Positions 30,577 through 39,291 of a DNA stretch of 64,000 nt are shown piece after piece. The notes beneath the pieces are model-generated. The model had not been told where the DNA came from and did no database searches. It worked only from the letters and a program-made list of their open reading frames with translations. This stretch comes from a virus, in the IMG/VR virus record IMGVR_UViG_3300027749_000044. One strand, given 5' to 3'. Position 1 is the first letter of the stretch. The number at the start of each line of letters is the position of its first letter. The position numbers were made by a program, and so were the translations under genes.

Positions 30577-31167
30577 TTAAAACGGGTATGGATTCTTCAC
30601 ATCCGGCAATAAATTTTTGTGACGAATATTTTGCGCGATCATATGCATAATCATTTGGTGGCAGTCTTCCACGATTCCATAATTATTTTCTTTTACATGC
30701 ACGGTAACTTCAGATTCAAGAGACGCTCCTCCATCAAATCCACAAAAAGATATTACAGGCACATTATGGTTATGTGCAGTTTGTATTGCTTTTTTAATAT
30801 TAGGAGAATTTCCACTGGAAGAAATAGTAATCACTAAATCCATTTCGTTTAGATAATTATTAAGTTGATGCGAAAATACTTCTTCATATCCAATATCATT
30901 AGCAATCGCGGTAATAATAGGAACATTTGATGATAAAGATACAATCTTAGGACACAAATTTGTATTTGTTGAAATGCCTTTTTGACAATCACAAACCAAA
31001 TGATTGGCAATAGCAGCGGAACCTCCGTTACCACACACATATATGTGCCTGTTTGATTTTATCGTATTTTCAATTAACCAAGATGCATTATTAATTCCAA
31101 TGAATAGGTCTATGTCATCAAAGACTTTTGCAACTCTAGCCGCGTAATCTCGTGGAGTTATATACAA
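30577..31167 (-). CDS. gmhA: Phosphoheptose (sedoheptulose-7-phosphate) isomerase, SIS domain
   Basis: CGNGGSAAIANH, TAIANDIGYEEVF, ISSSGNSPNI, VEDCH. Confidence 0.88.
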   Translation of the reverse strand: MYITPRDYAARVAKVFDDIDLFIGINNASWLIENTIKSNRHIYVCGNGGSAAIANHLVCDCQKGISTNTNLCPKIVSLSSNVPIITAIANDIGYEEVFSHQLNNYLNEMDLVITISSSGNSPNIKKAIQTAHNHNVPVISFCGFDGGASLESEVTVHVKENNYGIVEDCHQMIMHMIAQNIRHKNLLPDVKNPYPF

Positions 31168-32137
31168 TTTCAGTTCCTTTATCTACAAAGTTAAAACGGA
31201 ACTCTTTGAGTCCCCGCTCTTCCATTTTCTTTTTTAATTCTTGTTGATTGTGTTTTTGACAATAAAACAAGAAATATCCTCCGCCGCCGGCACCAAGAAT
31301 TTTGCCGCCGGTCACTCCATGTGTCCTAGCATAATCATAAATGTCATCTAGATCAGGATCTGAAATCCCAGAAGCCAATTCTCTTTTTTTATGCCATGCT
31401 TCATCCAATAATGGACCAATGCCATCAATTTGTTCATTATACAACATATCTCTAGCAAAATAAACTTGTTCGACCATAGAATCTAACAATTTTGTGTATT
31501 TGTCGCTGGAAATATTTTGTATAGAATTTTGAACTTTCAAAATGTCATTTGCCTTTCGGGTACGACCGGTATAATACATCACCAAATTATCATCAAGTTT
31601 TTTGATTGTTGTGTTTGGAACCGATAGAGGTTTCACATTAACTCGACCAAAATTAAACTCAATAACATTCAACCCACCAAAAGATGCAGCATATTGATCT
31701 TGTTTACCAATTGGACTTTTGCATTTTTCGATTTCCATTTTGCACGCCAACTCTGCGATATCATATCGATTCATTGGTTGATTTTTAAATGTCGATAATG
31801 CATTGATCAATCCTACAGCATATGTAGAAGAAGACCCAAGTCCTGTACCAACCGTAGGAATATCGGCGAATGAACCAATTTCCATATTGGATTTGATTTT
31901 AAAGTGTTTGAGAATTTCCCTGGCCAATTCATGGTCAAGGTCTTTAGCATTTTCTACAACCTCCACTTTTGAATAGGTTAATTTTAGGTGTTGATTTGGT
32001 GTAGGATTAATCACAGTATGCATATACTTATCGATAGAGGTCGATAAAACTGCACCACCAAATACATTATAAAATTCAGCAACGTCAGATCCGCCACCGA
32101 AAAAACTAATCCGTAAAGGTGTTTTTGCTACAATCAT
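31136..32137 (-). CDS. hddA: GHMP kinase, D-glycero-alpha-D-manno-heptose-7-phosphate kinase-like
   Basis: KTPLRISFFGGGSD, GTGLGSSS, IGKQDQYAASFGG, GGKILGAGGGG. Confidence 0.85.
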   Translation of the reverse strand: MIVAKTPLRISFFGGGSDVAEFYNVFGGAVLSTSIDKYMHTVINPTPNQHLKLTYSKVEVVENAKDLDHELAREILKHFKIKSNMEIGSFADIPTVGTGLGSSSTYAVGLINALSTFKNQPMNRYDIAELACKMEIEKCKSPIGKQDQYAASFGGLNVIEFNFGRVNVKPLSVPNTTIKKLDDNLVMYYTGRTRKANDILKVQNSIQNISSDKYTKLLDSMVEQVYFARDMLYNEQIDGIGPLLDEAWHKKRELASGISDPDLDDIYDYARTHGVTGGKILGAGGGGYFLFYCQKHNQQELKKKMEERGLKEFRFNFVDKGTEIVYNSTRLRG

Positions 32138-32349
32138 AGTACTTTTATATATCCTGGTTCATATTCAATCTCAACGTTTGCCCATTCTAAATGACTCCCG
32201 TGAGAATCGGTTACAATATACCCATATTGTAATACTGGCATTTTTCCCATTTGATAATACCAACGAAGTTTAACTGGTCGCAAGTCCACAGTTTTCCATG
32301 GAGATAAGTATGATGTTTGTATAACATTTGCTGTATCTTCGAACATCAT
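32134..32349 (-). CDS. Hypothetical protein in sugar operon
   Basis: ATGA overlaps with both neighbours. Confidence 0.55.
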   Translation of the reverse strand: MMFEDTANVIQTSYLSPWKTVDLRPVKLRWYYQMGKMPVLQYGYIVTDSHGSHLEWANVEIEYEPGYIKVL

Positions 32350-33368
32350 CTCGTTCCTGTATTGAACGTGACAACTTGTTTAGGAAGAGCAAGGGACTTG
32401 CCTTCATACTCTCTCAATAATCCTTGCAACAGATTTGTCCACTGTGCAGTAATTTTTGTCCAATTATACCTTTGGTCCGCATACATTTTTACGAACTTAA
32501 GATAATTTTGCATATTTTCTTCATTGACTGTGTGGATGGCTTCGTTCATCATTCCGTAAAATATACTGGCATTGATATTTCTATTTCCATCCCATTGATA
32601 CATTGCAGTCAATCCTCCGGCAGTATCTGCCAGACCTGCATAATTTGGGTGAATACAAAGACAACCTGCGGACATTGCTTCGATTAATGAGCGCGAATTG
32701 CATTCCATCCAAATAGACGGATAAGCAAAAACATGAGCATTCTTGACGGTTTCTCTGACCACTTCATTTGTAGCAAACCCATGATAATTGATTTTCGGAT
32801 GTTGTCTGCAACGTTCATACAAAGGCTCATAATCAGCATCTCTTTGTTCCCATCCATAAATTTTAAATGAAGAAAATACGTCCAGTTGTAGGTTATCGTG
32901 GTGCTTGCATAGTTCTTCGAATACAGGAACTAGAAGCTCCAGACCCCGTTGGGGAGTGGAGGTATAGACAAACCGGATGATACCATCGTTTGGCTTTGTT
33001 ACATGTGGAAATGGAACAATAGCCGTCTCAATGACAGTTGACTTTGTGTCATGAGGAACACCATGGGTCATTTGGTATGCATTCATTTGCCAATGTCCGC
33101 AGTACACGGTCTTATGGAAACGATTTCTCAAATTGACATCTTTTAGATGTTCCGTTTCCGGATCACCAGGAAGATCATGTACATGATATATTCTAATTTT
33201 ATCTTCTCGTAAATGTCTAACCCTACTTGAAATTAATTGAAAATGCTGAATTAATTCTTGATCAACTCTAGAAACGATGCCTTCCATCATTTGTTCAGAG
33301 CCACCCATAGAATTTTTATTCAATTCGTTACGTTGCCATGCAACGTATTCTTCTTTCTTTTTAGTCAT
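32346..33368 (-). CDS. Glycosyltransferase family 4-like (GT-B)
   Basis: MGGSEQM, YTSTPQRGL, INYHG, FAYPSIWMECNSRSLIEAMSAG. Start reassigned to ATG 33368, which follows AAGGA. Confidence 0.85.
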   Translation of the reverse strand: MTKKKEEYVAWQRNELNKNSMGGSEQMMEGIVSRVDQELIQHFQLISSRVRHLREDKIRIYHVHDLPGDPETEHLKDVNLRNRFHKTVYCGHWQMNAYQMTHGVPHDTKSTVIETAIVPFPHVTKPNDGIIRFVYTSTPQRGLELLVPVFEELCKHHDNLQLDVFSSFKIYGWEQRDADYEPLYERCRQHPKINYHGFATNEVVRETVKNAHVFAYPSIWMECNSRSLIEAMSAGCLCIHPNYAGLADTAGGLTAMYQWDGNRNINASIFYGMMNEAIHTVNEENMQNYLKFVKMYADQRYNWTKITAQWTNLLQGLLREYEGKSLALPKQVVTFNTGTR

Positions 33369-34302
33369 TATTATTATCCTTATAATATTTCCATGCACTT
33401 TCAATGATATTATCGATATACGACGACTCACTGTAATGTGCCAAAAATTTCAAATCTCTGTTTTTGAATTTTGTGTTTGATCCTATCAAAATATCAGGAT
33501 CACCAGGTCGATATGGACCAATATTGAAATCGATTTTTGCGCCTGTTACTTCTTTGAACGTCAAAAATAAATCTATGTTTGACGTTCCTACACCAGTACT
33601 TAGATTGTATGCTTCCGCACCATAATTTCCTGCCAGTAATTCCGACAAAATGGCCCGACATACATCCAACACATGGATATAATCTCGAACACAGGTTCCG
33701 TCAAACGTTTCATATTTTTGACCATTGATCGTGAAATTTTTACCAGCAACTGCCGCACGACACATAGATGTGATAATATGAGGTTGGTCTGCCGATTGTC
33801 CTGTATTGTTTTTATTGTCGGCCCCGCAAACATTAAAAAATCTAAATGAAGTTGATTGGAATCCGTATGCCTCGAATGCATCTTGTAAAATATGCTCAAA
33901 ATGCAATTTTGTTTTTCCATATGGATTAATCGGATCTTTTTTGTCATACTCATTAATTTTACATCTGCGATTGCCATATACAGCAGCCGAAGAAGCAAAA
34001 ATAAATTTGCCTTTCCATCCACTGCCAATCAAAGCTTTCAGCATGGAAGTAGATCCTACCACATTATTATCATAATATGATAATGGATCTTTTACTGACG
34101 GTCCTAAAAGACTGTGTGCGCCTAGATGTACAATACCATGAATTTCATTCGGCATTGAAGTAAGTAATCGACGAATGCCGGTATAGTCATTACTGGGAAC
34201 GTCACGAAGATCCAATCCATATACTTGGTATCCAAATCCTTCCAAATACTTCTTAAGTACAGAACCAATATATCCTTTATGCCCGGTGATTATAATATTC
34301 AT
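33361..34302 (-). CDS. galE: NDP-sugar epimerase (GalE-like extended SDR)
   Basis: ITGHKGYIGS, SSAAVYG, YGKTK (YxxxK), RFFNVCGA, DGTCVRDYIHVLD, RPGDP. Confidence 0.8.
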   Translation of the reverse strand: MNIIITGHKGYIGSVLKKYLEGFGYQVYGLDLRDVPSNDYTGIRRLLTSMPNEIHGIVHLGAHSLLGPSVKDPLSYYDNNVVGSTSMLKALIGSGWKGKFIFASSAAVYGNRRCKINEYDKKDPINPYGKTKLHFEHILQDAFEAYGFQSTSFRFFNVCGADNKNNTGQSADQPHIITSMCRAAVAGKNFTINGQKYETFDGTCVRDYIHVLDVCRAILSELLAGNYGAEAYNLSTGVGTSNIDLFLTFKEVTGAKIDFNIGPYRPGDPDILIGSNTKFKNRDLKFLAHYSESSYIDNIIESAWKYYKDNNND

Positions 34303-34469
34303 TCTTCTTCCTTAAATTCTATTTCTTCCATTAATAGCGTATTATAACCTTCTGCGACTTGTAGTGCCAGCGACAAAGCAGCAAGACTATTAATTTTAAA
34401 CGCAATTTCCATTAAAGTTTTTGCAACCCACGCGGTAAAATATTGCCACCCAGTTAACTCATGTCTCAT
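34299..34469 (-). CDS. Small hypothetical protein (56 aa, not in the ORF track)
   Basis: MRHELTGWQYFTAWVAK...EFKEEE; ATGA overlaps at both ends. Confidence 0.55.
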   Translation of the reverse strand: MRHELTGWQYFTAWVAKTLMEIAFKINSLAALSLALQVAEGYNTLLMEEIEFKEEE

Positions 34470-34756
34470 AGACCAAACTCAATTGAAAGAATTGAATCGA
34501 CTCGGATCGAACGCCATTCATTGATTTCTGTGTCAAATACAGAGATTACACCAACAGAAGGAACTTTTGTTCTTTCGGTTTTCTTTTCCGGAGCCACGTA
34601 ATTTTCAGTAATATATTGATTGTTCAACGTGCAATACATCCGACGGGTGGTGCCATCTTTCTTTTCGAATTCAATTACGACGGTACCTTCATGTAAAAGT
34701 CCATCTAACCATGCCTTAAGTTGTACTTCTTGTGTATTATCTACTTCATTGTCCAT
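34466..34756 (-). CDS. Conserved T4-like SH3/WYL-like beta-barrel protein
   Basis: FEKKDGTTRRMYCTL...VFDTEINEWRSIRVD. Confidence 0.7.
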   Translation of the reverse strand: MDNEVDNTQEVQLKAWLDGLLHEGTVVIEFEKKDGTTRRMYCTLNNQYITENYVAPEKKTERTKVPSVGVISVFDTEINEWRSIRVDSILSIEFGL

Positions 34757-34991
34757 CGATATATTCCTCTAATTGTGTGAATCCGCCGATATAAGTTTCA
34801 TGACCAGAATTATGAACAACTATTTGTGGATATGTTTTTGCGTCAGGAAACTTTTCTAAAAGTTCATCGCGAGTAAAATGTTCGCCTAAATTAAAATATG
34901 TGTATGATTTGTCACATTCTGCCAATAAAGTTTCTGTCATCTTACAAAATGTGCAATCTGTTCTACCGTAAACATAAAAATGTTCTGCCAT
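34746..34991 (-). CDS. Glutaredoxin
   Basis: CTFC, TYPQI and IGGF motifs. Confidence 0.9.
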   Translation of the reverse strand: MAEHFYVYGRTDCTFCKMTETLLAECDKSYTYFNLGEHFTRDELLEKFPDAKTYPQIVVHNSGHETYIGGFTQLEEYIDGQ

Positions 34992-35470
34992 TAATTATTT
35001 TCCTTTAAATTAAATGTAAATTCGCCATCGACGACATTGATTTCTACTCTAGGATACTTACATGCATCTCCTCCGAGTCGGACGTAATCTCGACCACCGT
35101 CAATGAACCCGCCTGGAATACCATGCATATCATGCCGATATCTAGAAATATGAACTTCGCCTTTAGGATCTACAACACCCAATAATGGCGAGTCAAAACA
35201 CTTTTCACCGTTTGCTATCAAAAGTGGTCCTTTGGACCCATCATAATTTCGTTGATAATACATTGCAAAATAATTTGAATGACCAAGAGACCGGTCTGGA
35301 TTTTCTACGTAAAATAATTCGACAGGTTCTTCAGTCCAATTGCCGTTTTTCCGTGGCATTGCAAAATAACCTAGATACTTTGCTTTATATTTTTCACAAA
35401 CAATATTAATACCTTTGGCATTCAACCAATAGCCATCCGTAGGAACCGTAAGGAACATAGCTTTCTCCAT
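34991..35470 (-). CDS. Conserved hypothetical phage protein
   Basis: SRYRHD..FIDGGRDYVR; first gene after the early promoter. Confidence 0.6.
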   Translation of the reverse strand: MEKAMFLTVPTDGYWLNAKGINIVCEKYKAKYLGYFAMPRKNGNWTEEPVELFYVENPDRSLGHSNYFAMYYQRNYDGSKGPLLIANGEKCFDSPLLGVVDPKGEVHISRYRHDMHGIPGGFIDGGRDYVRLGGDACKYPRVEINVVDGEFTFNLKENN

Positions 35471-35482
35471 GATTTATATCCA

Positions 35483-35513
35483 ATCATACACCCTTCATAT
35501 AAATAAGGCAACC
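35483..35513 (-). promoter_or_regulatory. Sigma70-type early promoter of the sugar operon
   Basis: GG-TTGCCT-N17-TATGAT on the minus strand. Confidence 0.7.
35498..35505 (+). promoter_or_regulatory. T4 late promoter TATAAATA for gp14
   Basis: Exact gp55 consensus. Other exact copies at 5995, 17169, 39239, 43730, 47631, 57122; variants at 17815, 19756, 20363, 28678, 46461, 49036, 49643, 57722, 60520. Confidence 0.8.
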
Positions 35514-35532
35514 AGAAAAATAGGATTTTTTG

Positions 35533-36237
35533 ATGCCTACCACAAATTTCTTTTTTAACAATTTTTCATCGGCATCTGAACAGAGGCTTTTGGCTGATCT
35601 TAGTACAGAAATGATCAAAATGTATGGAGTGGAAGCTTATTATTTGCCTCGAACTCATGTTGCATTGGATCAACTATTTAATGCTGATGCTCTATCAAAA
35701 TTCGATCATGCCATTCCTTTAGAAATGTATATCAAAAATTTTTCTGGCTATCAAGGCGAAGGTGACATGCTATCTAAATTTGGCATCACAATGGCCGATC
35801 AAATTACATTTTGTATTTCTCGGACTAGATTTAGCGAAGATATCGGAAGTCCATATAATTTAATTAGACCAAATGAAGGTGATCTTGTTTATTTAGGCAT
35901 GACCTCCGCTTTGTTTGAAATAAAATTCGTCGAACATGAATCTACGTTCTATCAAACCGGATCATTGCAATATTATGAAATGAAATGTGAACGCTTTAAT
36001 TATAATAGCGAAAAACTTAATACAGGAATTCCAGACGTCGATATTATTGCCAATACATATAGTGAAGCTGGCGCAGTATTAACAACTATATCTGGAATTT
36101 CATTGCAAACATTAAATGGTGAACCAATTGAAATAAATTCAATTTCTGATCCTGCCGCACAAAATGACTATTTCGTTAATGCTGCGACGCAATTTGTTGA
36201 TTTTAGTGTAACAAATCCATTTGGAGATGTAATATAA
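35533..36237 (+). CDS. gp14: Neck protein gp14
   Basis: EMIKMYG..YLPR, LSKFG, RPNEGDLVY, FEIKFVEHE, NPFG. Confidence 0.92.
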   Translation: MPTTNFFFNNFSSASEQRLLADLSTEMIKMYGVEAYYLPRTHVALDQLFNADALSKFDHAIPLEMYIKNFSGYQGEGDMLSKFGITMADQITFCISRTRFSEDIGSPYNLIRPNEGDLVYLGMTSALFEIKFVEHESTFYQTGSLQYYEMKCERFNYNSEKLNTGIPDVDIIANTYSEAGAVLTTISGISLQTLNGEPIEINSISDPAAQNDYFVNAATQFVDFSVTNPFGDVI

Positions 36238-36238
36238 C

Positions 36239-37144
36239 ATGTTAGGTTCTAGTTTTTATCACGGCACTATAAGAAAATATGTTACTCTTTTTGGATCAAT
36301 GTTTAATGATATTTACATTGATCGTGTCGATTCTAGCAATAATGCATTACAGTCGATGCGGGTTCCTATTTCGTATGGACCAAAAGATAGATATATTGCG
36401 CGGGCCCAACAAAATCCAGATTTACTTCGGCCTGTGTCTCAAGTATTTCCTAGGATGTCATTTGAAATTAATAATATAAGATATGACCCAGAAAGAAAAC
36501 TCAATACAGTAGGAAGAAATTCTGGACCTAATAGTTATAAAAATAACGTTAATACACAATTCAATCCTGTGGCATATGATTTTGATATTACTTTATCCAT
36601 AATTGCAAGAAATTCCGACGATGCTACAAGAATTGTCGAACAGATATTGCCATTTTTCACACCAGAATGGACAACAGCAATTAAACTTATTCCAGATTTG
36701 GTCGAAATGGATATTCCTATTGTTCTAAAGACGGTATCTCTTGAGGATTCATATGAAGGAGATTTTGAATCCAAACAATTTATCATATGGACTTTGGGGT
36801 TTACACTCAAAGGTTATTTGTATGGGCCAGTAAATAAGAAAAAAATCATCAATCAAGTCGAAATTAACTTCTATACACCTTCGACAAATACTGCGGCACA
36901 AGGTGTAGGAAACACAAAAATTTCAGAATATGTAATTGTCACTCCAGGATTGGATGCAAATGGCAATCCAACAACTTTGCCGGCAAATTCTATTCCTTTA
37001 TCTCAAATTGCAGCAAATTCTAATTATGGATTTATTGTTGAATTTTTGACTAATTATCAAGTGGAAAATACAATTCTTTATGGAAATAATACTGACTTCA
37101 GATTCAAAGAAGCCAGCCAATATATTGATTTATTATTACTCTAG
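36239..37144 (+). CDS. gp15: Tail sheath terminator gp15
   Basis: FYHGTIRKYVTLFGSMFNDI, VPISYGPK, PRMSFE, IVEQILPFFTP. Confidence 0.92.
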   Translation: MLGSSFYHGTIRKYVTLFGSMFNDIYIDRVDSSNNALQSMRVPISYGPKDRYIARAQQNPDLLRPVSQVFPRMSFEINNIRYDPERKLNTVGRNSGPNSYKNNVNTQFNPVAYDFDITLSIIARNSDDATRIVEQILPFFTPEWTTAIKLIPDLVEMDIPIVLKTVSLEDSYEGDFESKQFIIWTLGFTLKGYLYGPVNKKKIINQVEINFYTPSTNTAAQGVGNTKISEYVIVTPGLDANGNPTTLPANSIPLSQIAANSNYGFIVEFLTNYQVENTILYGNNTDFRFKEASQYIDLLLL

Positions 37145-37155
37145 AAAGATTTAAA

Positions 37156-37557
37156 ATGACTAACGATCCATTAGCCAACGTGCTAAACATAACCCCAATG
37201 TCAACTTCTTTGGTTACAACTTCTAATAGTGATGTTGTACAACATCAAACACCAGTTGAAAAAATAGAGCAAGATTTCGAAGAAGTAAGACAAAATTATA
37301 AAAACATGATTGAGGTTGGTGATGATGCACTTACCGAAATTTTAAATGTTGCTAAACAATCACAATCGCCTCGCGCGTTTGAAGTTGTGGCGACATTGAT
37401 ATCAACTCTCAACAATGTTAATAAAGATTTGTTAAATTTACATAAAGCTGCCAAAGACCTTGCAGGTGAACAATCTACTAACGTCACCAATAATACTCTC
37501 GTTTTAACAACAAAAGATATGTTAGAATTGATGAAAAGAAAACCAGAAGAAGAATAA
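37156..37557 (+). CDS. gp16: Small terminase subunit
   Basis: SPRAFEVVATLI; position before gp17. Confidence 0.88.
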   Translation: MTNDPLANVLNITPMSTSLVTTSNSDVVQHQTPVEKIEQDFEEVRQNYKNMIEVGDDALTEILNVAKQSQSPRAFEVVATLISTLNNVNKDLLNLHKAAKDLAGEQSTNVTNNTLVLTTKDMLELMKRKPEEE

Positions 37558-39219
37558 ATGTCAGAAAATTACTTAGGTAATATTAATCTAAAGGCTGCCG
37601 GTGTACCAGTCGAATGGACACCAGAAACATTCGCTGAATATTCTAAATGTTCGCAGGCGCCTGTTTATTTTTCTAAAAATTATGTTCAAATTGTCAACGT
37701 TGATAAAGGATTGATGCCATTTAATATGTGGCCATTCCAAGAAGAAATGATGATGAACATGGTGAACAATAGATTTTCTATTGCTAAAATGCCACGTCAG
37801 GTAGGTAAAACCACTGTTACCGCAGCAACAATTCTTTGGCATATATTATTTAATTCTAATTATTCTGTTGCAATACTCGCAAACAAAGAAGCTCAAGCAA
37901 TTGAAATTCTTTCTCGTATTAAAGATGCGTATGAATTGCTCCCTATGTGGATGCAACAAGGCGTTCTTTCTTGGGGAAAAAGAAGTATCACTTTAGAAAA
38001 CGGATCAAAAATAGTATGTGCGGCCACCTCATCGACTGCTATTCGTGGACGTTCCATGAATTTAGTATATCTGGACGAATTTGCATTCGTACCTACAAAT
38101 GTCCAAGAAACGTTTTTCGCGTCGGTATATCCTACAATTTCTTCTGGTACAACAACAAAAGTTATCATCACTTCTACTCCAAACGGATTCAATTTATTTT
38201 ATAAGTTTTGGCATGATAGTGAAGAAGGACGAAACCAATATGTCCGATCTAATGTTCATTGGTCTGACATTCCTGGGCGAGACGAAAAGTGGAAACAAGA
38301 AACCATACAAAACACTTCTGAAAAACAATTCAGGGTCGAATTCGAATGTGAATTCCTTGGTTCTTCTAATACACTTATCGATGCCTTCAAATTGCAACAA
38401 ATGGTATATCAAAATCCGTTGCGTAGTTTCGAAAACTATGCGGGACCAACTGACATTTATTTCTTGCCTGAACCAAAAAGAAAATATGTCATTACGGCCG
38501 ACGTTGCGAGAGGAGTCGAAGGAGATTATTCGGCGGCTGTTGTATTTGACGTCACAGAATATCCTTATAAAATTGCTTGTAAATATAAATCAAATGAAAT
38601 ATCACCTTTGCTATTTCCAAACAAAATATATGAATTGGCAAAAGCATATAATGATGCCGTAGTACTTGTTGAAGTCAATGATATTGGTCAACAAGTCGTA
38701 GATATTCTTTATATGGATTTAGAATATGAAAATGTTTTGGTCACGCAAACGAAAGGTCGCGGTGGTCAAAAAATCGGCGGTGGATTTGGTGGCGTAAGGC
38801 CTCAAATGGGTGTAAAAACCACAAAACAAGTAAAAAGAATCGGGTGTGCTAACTTAAAAACTTTGATCGAATCTGACAAATTAATCAATTTAGATTATGA
38901 TATTTTTTATGAATTGACAAGGTTCGTCGAAGTACGAGATTCATACGAAGCAGAAGTTGGCGCCCACGACGATTTGGTTATGTGTTGCGTGTTGTTTGCA
39001 TGGCTTGTCAACCAATCATATTTTAAAGAATTATTCACAACAGATGTTCGCGAGCAACTTGTGCAAGATAACCAAAGAATCATTGAAGATTCTGGTGTAA
39101 CTTTTGGATTTATTTCTGATCATGGAACCGAAGAATTATCAGAAGGTCCGAAGTTATCATTATCAGAAAAAGAATTTTATAATATGGATTTTCATCCTGA
39201 TACTTATCATAGGTGGTAA
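37558..39219 (+). CDS. gp17: Large terminase subunit
   Basis: PRQVGKTT (Walker A), YLDEFAF (Walker B), TSTPNG, DVARG, HDDLVM. Confidence 0.97.
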   Translation: MSENYLGNINLKAAGVPVEWTPETFAEYSKCSQAPVYFSKNYVQIVNVDKGLMPFNMWPFQEEMMMNMVNNRFSIAKMPRQVGKTTVTAATILWHILFNSNYSVAILANKEAQAIEILSRIKDAYELLPMWMQQGVLSWGKRSITLENGSKIVCAATSSTAIRGRSMNLVYLDEFAFVPTNVQETFFASVYPTISSGTTTKVIITSTPNGFNLFYKFWHDSEEGRNQYVRSNVHWSDIPGRDEKWKQETIQNTSEKQFRVEFECEFLGSSNTLIDAFKLQQMVYQNPLRSFENYAGPTDIYFLPEPKRKYVITADVARGVEGDYSAAVVFDVTEYPYKIACKYKSNEISPLLFPNKIYELAKAYNDAVVLVEVNDIGQQVVDILYMDLEYENVLVTQTKGRGGQKIGGGFGGVRPQMGVKTTKQVKRIGCANLKTLIESDKLINLDYDIFYELTRFVEVRDSYEAEVGAHDDLVMCCVLFAWLVNQSYFKELFTTDVREQLVQDNQRIIEDSGVTFGFISDHGTEELSEGPKLSLSEKEFYNMDFHPDTYHRW

Positions 39220-39291
39220 ATAGTGTAATTCTAAATTCTATAAATAATAAGAAATTTAATGTAACTATAACGCCTCTTGAGGAGAAAAAAT

